From positions 1 through 53,976 of the IMG/VR virus record IMGVR_UViG_3300030329_005429: a stretch of DNA of 53,976 bases; one strand, written 5' to 3'. This document shows, piece after piece, positions 47,941 through 53,976 of the stretch. Source of the stretch: a virus (lineage: Duplodnaviria; Caudoviricetes). Position 1 is the first letter of the stretch. The number at the start of each line of letters is the position of its first letter. The position numbers were made by a program, and so were the translations under genes. The notes beneath the pieces were generated by a model. It was not told the DNA's origin, did not search any database, and was given only the letters and a program-made list of their open reading frames with translations.

Positions 47941-48392
47941 TATTTCTTACCTTTTTTCTTAGTCAAGGGAATATCATCTCCCCATACAGGGTCAGCGGGA
48001 GTTTTAGATTCCATTTTCATTCCATTCCCACCAATTTTAATTTCATTTCTATCCATCTTAACTTCTAAGTCTTTTTGATTATTGGCTTGGTCTTGCAAGT
48101 GATGAACTAAATCTTTAGCAACAGTCGCTAATGGGTCTTCAGGTGGAGGCGGAGCTACCATCGAAGTTAATACATTAATTAGTCCTAAAGTAATAGTCGA
48201 AATAAGACCAACAACAACTGCTAATTGTGATTCACCAAGATAATATGCAGCACCTATTAGCATACAAGCCATTACAAGTATAGTAGGTACACTAAATACT
48301 CCTACCCAAAATCTTAATTTATCTATCATAAGTCGTCTATCTGCAGCTCTTTTCTTTTTAATTGCTTCTATTTCTTGCTTAGACATTGCCAT
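47940..48392 (-). CDS. Two-TM membrane protein (holin/antiholin candidate)
   Basis: Two long hydrophobic helices, charged termini, near the endolysin. Confidence 0.55.
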   Translation of the reverse strand: MAMSKQEIEAIKKKRAADRRLMIDKLRFWVGVFSVPTILVMACMLIGAAYYLGESQLAVVVGLISTITLGLINVLTSMVAPPPPEDPLATVAKDLVHHLQDQANNQKDLEVKMDRNEIKIGGNGMKMESKTPADPVWGDDIPLTKKKGKK

Positions 48393-49167
48393 CTATAAGT
48401 TCCCCCCATAAGCTAGTTTTTCCATTTATTATCTGAACCATATGAACCGTAAATTGACCTCCATGATAAAAATCAACTATTGCAAATGCATGAGCCCAAT
48501 TAGTAGCTCTATTTTGTAACCATTCATTAGCCTCATCAGACATATCCTTTAAACACCCTATAGACCAGGCAGATTTAGGACCATCTACATGAGTAACGCT
48601 CATCTGCTGTAAATCGTGCCAATGTCCATACATAATATTACATCCAAGCTTTCTTAGATGATTAGAAGTATGATACTGTCCACCAAATTGATTTCCATGA
48701 TAAAAGAATAATTTGCCTATTTTAAGCTTCTTTCCCATAGGATAGTATATGTACCCCCTATCCTTTAAATTTACTGCGTTTTTAAACCTATATTGGCTTA
48801 AATAAGGATATTCATCAACAAACATATTTAACCAATTATCATGGTTGCCTTCAGTTATGTATCTCTGCTTACATCCAGCTTTATCTAAGGACTTGTCTAT
48901 TAAATCCATCCCTTTATTAACATCTTTTACATCTGTATCTAATAAGGGTATTATATGTTCCAAAGGAGGCTTCTTTTTGCGTTTATACTTCCAAGCGCTA
49001 AACTCACTCCATTCTCCTACATCCCCTAAATCGATATAAATATCAGGACGGATTAATTCTATAGCTTTACAAAGAACTTTTATAGAGGGCTTATGATGAA
49101 GCGGAAAATGCTTATCAGGTGTTACTATAGCCCTCTTGACTACAGCCTTCTTCTTGCGTCTAAACAT
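48379..49167 (-). CDS. Calcineurin-like metallophosphoesterase
   Basis: PDKH, LGD, GNHD, YHG, GHWH motifs. Confidence 0.92.
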   Translation of the reverse strand: MFRRKKKAVVKRAIVTPDKHFPLHHKPSIKVLCKAIELIRPDIYIDLGDVGEWSEFSAWKYKRKKKPPLEHIIPLLDTDVKDVNKGMDLIDKSLDKAGCKQRYITEGNHDNWLNMFVDEYPYLSQYRFKNAVNLKDRGYIYYPMGKKLKIGKLFFYHGNQFGGQYHTSNHLRKLGCNIMYGHWHDLQQMSVTHVDGPKSAWSIGCLKDMSDEANEWLQNRATNWAHAFAIVDFYHGGQFTVHMVQIINGKTSLWGELIDGNV

Positions 49168-49176
49168 ACATGTCTC

Positions 49177-49512
49177 CTAATTGAAGTTTTCTTTTTTAAC
49201 CTCCCAATCACTAGGCACTGTAAATACTTTTGTCGCTTTAAGAAGACGTTTTTTTGTCGTATTAATGGTATATTTAAGTAATAATCCTTCACATTCCTCG
49301 CATGACCAGAATAATGGAGAATTTAGCCCTGAACCATAGACTTCAATGCCTATGATATCATTTCCACCACAATAAGGGCATCCATCAGGATGTTGTTTGA
49401 AGACTTTCTTACATGTAATCCCCAAATCTTTAACAATATTATCACCCTTCTCTAATGGAGGCTCTCTCCAGTACATTACTGATATATTTTCTTTTACTTT
49501 TGGAATAACCAT
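49177..49512 (-). CDS. Zinc-ribbon protein
   Basis: CPYC ... WSCEEC; start may be internal. Confidence 0.7.
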   Translation of the reverse strand: MVIPKVKENISVMYWREPPLEKGDNIVKDLGITCKKVFKQHPDGCPYCGGNDIIGIEVYGSGLNSPLFWSCEECEGLLLKYTINTTKKRLLKATKVFTVPSDWEVKKENFN

Positions 49513-49712
49513 CCTATAAATGCTATTATAACTGCTCCAAATCCTTTGAACCAGCTTATTGCATTTTCTGTTTTACGAACTCTACCGTTTATTTTAGATA
49601 CATCTTCTCTTAAATATCTTAATTGTTCTTTCGTCCAATCTCGATAAGATTCAGTTTCAGAATTATGACTAACCATTAAATCTTTCAATTCTTCATTGGT
49701 TGTTTTAGCCAT
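49494..49712 (-). CDS. Putative holin-like protein (coiled coil plus C-terminal TM)
   Basis: KINGRVRKTE then GFGAVIIAFIGWLF; directly after the endolysin. Confidence 0.6.
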   Translation of the reverse strand: MAKTTNEELKDLMVSHNSETESYRDWTKEQLRYLREDVSKINGRVRKTENAISWFKGFGAVIIAFIGWLFQK

Positions 49713-50061
49713 AAACTCCTACTCCATTTTTAACATTACCTCGTCCAAGATGAATGAAAGTTTTACTAATAGCGATGTCTTTGAAGTATCCCAAGCTGAT
49801 AGCGTGCTGTAAAATTGAAAACCGCTTATATCTGTCGACACAGTGTACGTCACAGGCAGTTCCAAGGACATGGTCTCCTCTTGAATTTTTTGAGACTTTC
49901 TTATTATGCTCATCACATCTCCATCCTGAATTTATTTTGAAAGGGAAGTTACACAGAGTTCTAAGTTCTTGTAATTTAGAGATAAATTCTTTATCCATCT
50001 TTGTGTCTCCACAATGAGAACATTTAAATTCACTCGATTGAAAGTTCTTAGATAATCTCAT
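49705..50061 (-). CDS. Peptidase M15A-family endolysin
   Basis: LSKNF..EFKC, INSGWRC..HN, H..GTACD, FIHL. Confidence 0.88.
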   Translation of the reverse strand: MRLSKNFQSSEFKCSHCGDTKMDKEFISKLQELRTLCNFPFKINSGWRCDEHNKKVSKNSRGDHVLGTACDVHCVDRYKRFSILQHAISLGYFKDIAISKTFIHLGRGNVKNGVGVYG

Positions 50062-50064
50062 ATT

Positions 50065-50247
50065 TTATTTACCTTTTTTATTTTTCTCTAGGCTTTCTTG
50101 TATTTCTTCTTCTAATAAAGCCTGACAGAACTCTATAGCTCCTTGAACCTTAGCGTAAGTAGTTTCTATTTGCTTTAACTGTGCTTTTAGGTTCTCTAGT
50201 TTTTCAGCAATACCACTTTCGGTTTGCTGTGTTTTTTCTTTTGCCAT
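50065..50247 (-). CDS. Small coiled-coil protein (possible fibre chaperone)
   Basis: LENLKAQLKQIE...VQGAIE after a fibre gene. Confidence 0.65.
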   Translation of the reverse strand: MAKEKTQQTESGIAEKLENLKAQLKQIETTYAKVQGAIEFCQALLEEEIQESLEKNKKGK

Positions 50248-50264
50248 TTGATACTATTCTCCTT

Positions 50265-51467
50265 TTATGTTGTTCCTGAAGTAACTCCTTCTACTCTCAA
50301 GTTACCTCCAAATGTTGTTATATAATAATCATCTCCTGCTCCACCTCCTAAGGTTATATCTGCAGTGCAAGTTTGACTAGCATAATTAGCTATAGTCCCA
50401 GCTGTCAGTAAAGATTGAGATGTACTTACTGAACCACCTGTAATTACTACTGAAAAAAGTCGTGCATAACCAGCTAAATTTGTAATTGCTACTAATGAAA
50501 ATCCTGTTTTTGTAGCATCTGGAGAGCCTCCTGTATGGTCATTAAATTGAATCTTTAATTTAGTATCTCCAGAAGTACTTGTGTGCTTATGAGTATTATA
50601 AGGAAGATAACTATTAAATGTAGAAAATCCTCTTCCATAATTACCTGCATTATTTATAGTTATACTTTGATTTAGAGTGCCTAAGGCATTAGCTGTATCT
50701 GCAGTGCCTGTTACATCACCTGTTAGTGGTCCTGAAAAAGCAGCAGCAGTACAAGTACCTTCAAAATTTGCATTTCCATTATTAAATATAAAACAATCCT
50801 CATCATTTGTATTATTATTTGCATCAAAAGTTAAAGTAGCTCTTTGGCTGGCTCCAGTAGTAGTAGTAATGTCAAATATAGTCCCACCAGTAAAAGTACC
50901 CGCACTTTGATTGAGAGTGAGAAATGCTGAATTTGAGCCACCATCTGGGCAAGATATTTTAAATCTATTAGCCAATCCACCTACTGCTAATTCCCATGTG
51001 TTTTGACTAAGACTTGCTTTTGAATTTATTTGAATACGACCAGTACCATTGTCTCCAGTATCATCTTCATTTTTAACTTGAAAACCTAAGCGTGCATCAA
51101 CAGTTAATGCTGTTAAAGTTCCAACTGAAGTAATATTTGGTTGAGCTGCTGCTGTAGCTGGTAATAAAAAAGTTCCAGTAGGAGCAGTATCAGGAGCGAG
51201 TCCAGCAATTGTAGATACTGTCCCAGCGCTACCTGAAACATTACCCGTTACATCACCAGTTAAATCTCCATTTACATTCCCAGTTAAATTTGCAGTTATA
51301 GTTTCAGATTCAATAGTACCATTTACAGTCAAAGCACCAGTAGCAAATGATAATAAATCAGTATCATCCTTATGCCCAATTGTTGTTCCATCTATTTTTA
51401 TACTATCAATAGACAAATCACCTGTTATTCCTATCGATTCCGTATAAGTATCTTCTGTAAATGCCAT
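50265..51467 (-). CDS. Tail fibre protein
   Basis: GTTIGHKDDTDLL, LTGNVNGDLTGDVTGNVSGSA, AQPNITSVGTLTALTV. Confidence 0.8.
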   Translation of the reverse strand: MAFTEDTYTESIGITGDLSIDSIKIDGTTIGHKDDTDLLSFATGALTVNGTIESETITANLTGNVNGDLTGDVTGNVSGSAGTVSTIAGLAPDTAPTGTFLLPATAAAQPNITSVGTLTALTVDARLGFQVKNEDDTGDNGTGRIQINSKASLSQNTWELAVGGLANRFKISCPDGGSNSAFLTLNQSAGTFTGGTIFDITTTTGASQRATLTFDANNNTNDEDCFIFNNGNANFEGTCTAAAFSGPLTGDVTGTADTANALGTLNQSITINNAGNYGRGFSTFNSYLPYNTHKHTSTSGDTKLKIQFNDHTGGSPDATKTGFSLVAITNLAGYARLFSVVITGGSVSTSQSLLTAGTIANYASQTCTADITLGGGAGDDYYITTFGGNLRVEGVTSGTT

Positions 51468-51475
51468 ATATACTC

Positions 51476-51856
51476 CTAAAAATCTACAGGCACAATTTTA
51501 CCACTATTACTATGATTCATTCGTGCCCATTTTTTTGCCCTTTTTTCAGTTTCTTGATATTCTTTTTCAAAAAAAGCAGCTAAATCTATATTTAAATTTC
51601 TAGGGTCTTTATATCCAAAGCTAATAGCCTTAGAAACTAACCCTTCATGAAATTGAGAAGGTATTTGACCATGCTCTGTAGAGCCTGGGATTGAATCCAT
51701 ATTTGCAGATGTTAAATTATCAGCCTTCTTAGAGCAAAAAACTCTTATAGTTTTTCCTGTTGATGTTATGCTCTTCCATTTATTAGAGTTGTCTTTTTCA
51801 ACAATTGCAATCTTGTTTCTACTTATATACCAGGCATATGTTTTATTTAAAGCCAT
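51476..51856 (-). CDS. Head-tail adaptor/ring protein (C-terminal-half-like)
   Basis: IPSQFHEGLVSKAI motif of adaptor proteins. Confidence 0.6.
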   Translation of the reverse strand: MALNKTYAWYISRNKIAIVEKDNSNKWKSITSTGKTIRVFCSKKADNLTSANMDSIPGSTEHGQIPSQFHEGLVSKAISFGYKDPRNLNIDLAAFFEKEYQETEKRAKKWARMNHSNSGKIVPVDF

Positions 51857-52140
51857 TATTCTAAATCCTTATCTTCTTCTTCGGGAATACCAGCGCCCCT
51901 TGGAATATAGAAAGAATCTCCATTGGCATCTGTAAGGGTTAGTCCTGATATTTTTAATATATTAGAATTTAATTCGTAATATCTTTGATTAGCAATTGTA
52001 CTATCTGTATAAGATGTCTTAATAATATCAGTTGATTCTGAAAGAACATCCATAGCCCTATTAAGAAGCTTTCTAATTTCAGTTTCACCCATATGAGGAT
52101 GGTGTTGTTGAACAAGTTCTATCATCTCCTTTTGCTTCAT
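51856..52140 (-). CDS. Head-tail adaptor/ring protein (N-terminal-half-like)
   Basis: MIELV...EIRKLLNRA...ANQRYYEL. Confidence 0.6.
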   Translation of the reverse strand: MKQKEMIELVQQHHPHMGETEIRKLLNRAMDVLSESTDIIKTSYTDSTIANQRYYELNSNILKISGLTLTDANGDSFYIPRGAGIPEEEDKDLE

Positions 52141-53186
52141 TACTCTGCCGCTCCTCCCCCAAGTCTATTCATTTCTTCTCTAAAAAGAACTCTAAGCTCT
52201 TCAAGTTGAGATTTTATCATTCTCATAACTTCATCATCTTCTTCGTCCTGAACTGCATTCGATAATTTAACCATCAATATATTTATAGAAGATTTTAATA
52301 TAACCGCATGTTCTGCAGTTTTAGGGAAATCTGATATCTCCTCATCCTCACTTAAATCTGCTGTTCTCCCTACTCTTTTTACACTTATATTATCTATAGT
52401 CCCCACAAAATCACTTTCAGGTATTATAGTAATTGCATTATTAACAGTACTCCCTGCTACTAAAGTTGTATCTCCAGAAGCTTTTTGTATAGCACTAGCT
52501 GTCCCATTTCCAACTTTAAATGAAACTCCCCCTCCACTATCGTGGGTTAAAGTCCATCTTACAATATAAGAAGCTCCATTTGCTATTGCTTTGGGATAGC
52601 CAGAATGAATAAAGGTCATATCTGCAGTATTACCTGTTGCATGTGATAAATTCTTATTTTCTGAACTCCAAGTCCAACCTGCTTGAGCATTTTGCCAATT
52701 ACTACTAGATATATCAACTTCAAAATCACCATCATATCGACCAGTATTGCTAAGTATTTGCTCGCCTTCTGTTAAGTAATTTATATAATATATACGACCA
52801 TTATTAGAATTTGAAGGCGCAGGCGACATTTTTAAAGTAGTAATTCCATCAGAAGTATCTAAAGCATATACTGGAGAGAAATCAGTTCTATAATAAATAC
52901 TATTAGAATCATTTGCTCTCGAATAATCAAGCAAAGTGACCTGAGTAGCTCTTCTTTCTACATTTTCATCTTCTCTTGAAACATCTAATATCTTGGAACC
53001 TTCAGGCATACTCCATGTTACACCTTGAGTGTCACTTAAAACAATAGGAGCAGGAGCATATTTCATTAATAAATCATTTGGAAGTAAATCCATAACTTCA
53101 TTAATAGCAGATTGATATAAATTATCTTCGCCAGTAAGCCCAGTAGCTCCTATAAGAGATTCAATTCTATCTTTGATAAGACCCAT
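52140..53186 (-). CDS. Head-tail adaptor/ring protein with inserted beta-sandwich domain
   Basis: N-terminal KDRIESLIG, SPVY, C-terminal FPKTAEHAVIL; central insert ending FVGTIDNISVK. Confidence 0.6.
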   Translation of the reverse strand: MGLIKDRIESLIGATGLTGEDNLYQSAINEVMDLLPNDLLMKYAPAPIVLSDTQGVTWSMPEGSKILDVSREDENVERRATQVTLLDYSRANDSNSIYYRTDFSPVYALDTSDGITTLKMSPAPSNSNNGRIYYINYLTEGEQILSNTGRYDGDFEVDISSSNWQNAQAGWTWSSENKNLSHATGNTADMTFIHSGYPKAIANGASYIVRWTLTHDSGGGVSFKVGNGTASAIQKASGDTTLVAGSTVNNAITIIPESDFVGTIDNISVKRVGRTADLSEDEEISDFPKTAEHAVILKSSINILMVKLSNAVQDEEDDEVMRMIKSQLEELRVLFREEMNRLGGGAAE

Positions 53187-53261
53187 TATTTACCTTTTCT
53201 TCTATTATCAGGCTTAATACCATTAACAGGAGTCCCTATATCGCTTGATTTTACCATCAGT

Positions 53262-53795
53262 TTAAGATTGTATGGATACATTTTTATTTTTAGTAATTAC
53301 CATCCAAGCGCCATTTACAAATATAAGCCAACATTCTTGGTCTGCAGTATTAAATGTTAAACTAGTTCCATCATAAAAATTAGTTGGCTGGACAATAACA
53401 TCATTACCATTATCTGTTGTCATTCTTAAATATTTCAATTGACCTTCTTCTCCATCAGCAAACCCATGAGTAATATTAGCAGCCACAGCACTTACCATAT
53501 TTGTTATTGTAGATGTAGTATTTACATTACCCGCTAATGCAGCCATGTTTTGAACTGTAGTAGTACCTGTTGTAGTCACTGAAAATTGATTAGTCCCTTT
53601 AGTCAATGTGCCAGTAGATTCTACGCCAGCTGTAGAAATCTTAAGGGCAGATGAAGAATTAGACTTCGCTCCCTTAACTGCAGCTAAATTTCCATCTAAA
53701 TTAGCAGCTGTATGCAAGGATTCGTAATTAACTTCACCTTCTTCAACTTGTTCTCCCATAACTCCTGATGTTGTCATTATAACATTGTTCAACAT
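53262..53795 (-). CDS. Putative structural (head fibre/decoration) protein
   Basis: AAGGAG SD; ADGEEGQLK...LTFN...LIFVNGAW C-terminal domain. Confidence 0.6.
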   Translation of the reverse strand: MLNNVIMTTSGVMGEQVEEGEVNYESLHTAANLDGNLAAVKGAKSNSSSALKISTAGVESTGTLTKGTNQFSVTTTGTTTVQNMAALAGNVNTTSTITNMVSAVAANITHGFADGEEGQLKYLRMTTDNGNDVIVQPTNFYDGTSLTFNTADQECWLIFVNGAWMVITKNKNVSIQS

Positions 53796-53807
53796 AATTC
53801 TTCTCCT

Positions 53808-53876
53808 TTAATGCTCTATTAAAATAACTTCTCCACCATCATCATTTACAGCTTGTGCATGCACCCAAATATAATG
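53808..53876 (-). CDS. 3' part of the junction-spanning 108-aa protein
   Basis: In frame with 258-1 after removing the overlap; TAA at 53810-53808. Confidence 0.85.
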   Translation of the reverse strand, partial: HYIWVHAQAVNDDGGEVILIEH

Positions 53877-53976
53877 ACTATCATTTATCCCATTTACCTT
53901 TTTTTGCAATGTTTTAAATTTCAAAACAGGAACATCCATTGTTACAACTGCTCCAGCAGGCAAAGATAGAGAGTTT
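53877..53976. repeat. Terminal direct overlap with 1-100
   Basis: 99 of 100 nt identical. Confidence 0.95.

Noticed and set aside
27072-50910. Short + strand ORFs within the late arm (e.g. 27072-27371, 31650-32015, 34020-34238, 39003-39395, 49754-50017) and 49719-49916(-)
   Set aside because: Overlapping shadows of long late genes
34100-51467. Diversity-generating retroelement or invertase acting on the fibre genes
   Set aside because: No reverse transcriptase, recombinase or near-identical TR/VR nucleotide pair noticed
53186-53257. 23-aa ORF filling the gap before the adaptor gene
   Set aside because: TAATG-coupled but too short and lacks a clear SD
53877-53976. 100-nt terminal repeat as a biological direct terminal repeat
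   Set aside because: It falls mid-gene and its length fits an assembler overlap; more likely a circularisation artefact

Overview
The window is an apparently complete, circularly permuted, AT-rich dsDNA phage genome of about 53.9 kb. The first and last 100 nt overlap, and a 108-aa ORF reads intact across the junction. It has two divergent arms. The + strand early/replication arm (9286-21724) carries many small ORFs, a ~570-nt non-coding array of structured hairpins, a Ubl-E2-JAB-E1 ubiquitin-like cassette, AAA ATPase, SSB-like protein, AEP primase-DnaB helicase fusion, Gp157-like protein, HTH and HNH. The - strand late arm (9079 -> 1 / 53976 -> 21883) carries a zincin, terminase, portal, scaffold, major capsid, adaptors, lysis genes, tail nozzle, duplicated fibre modules, ejection proteins and a 2977-aa protein. 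The architecture is podovirus-like. I recognised no integrase, tRNA, CRISPR array or family A/B DNA polymerase. Four main highlights: (1) a phage-encoded ubiquitin-like conjugation cassette; (2) next to it, at least five covarying RNA hairpins sharing an AA(U/G)A / UGA internal loop; (3) double-psi beta-barrel RNA polymerase motifs (RxP...GGADADGD) in the 2977-aa protein, suggesting a virion-delivered RNAP; (4) an unannotated zinc-finger gene with an in-frame UGA and a SECIS-like hairpin, a candidate selenoprotein. All family calls come from motif recognition by eye; no database searches or folding programs were run.
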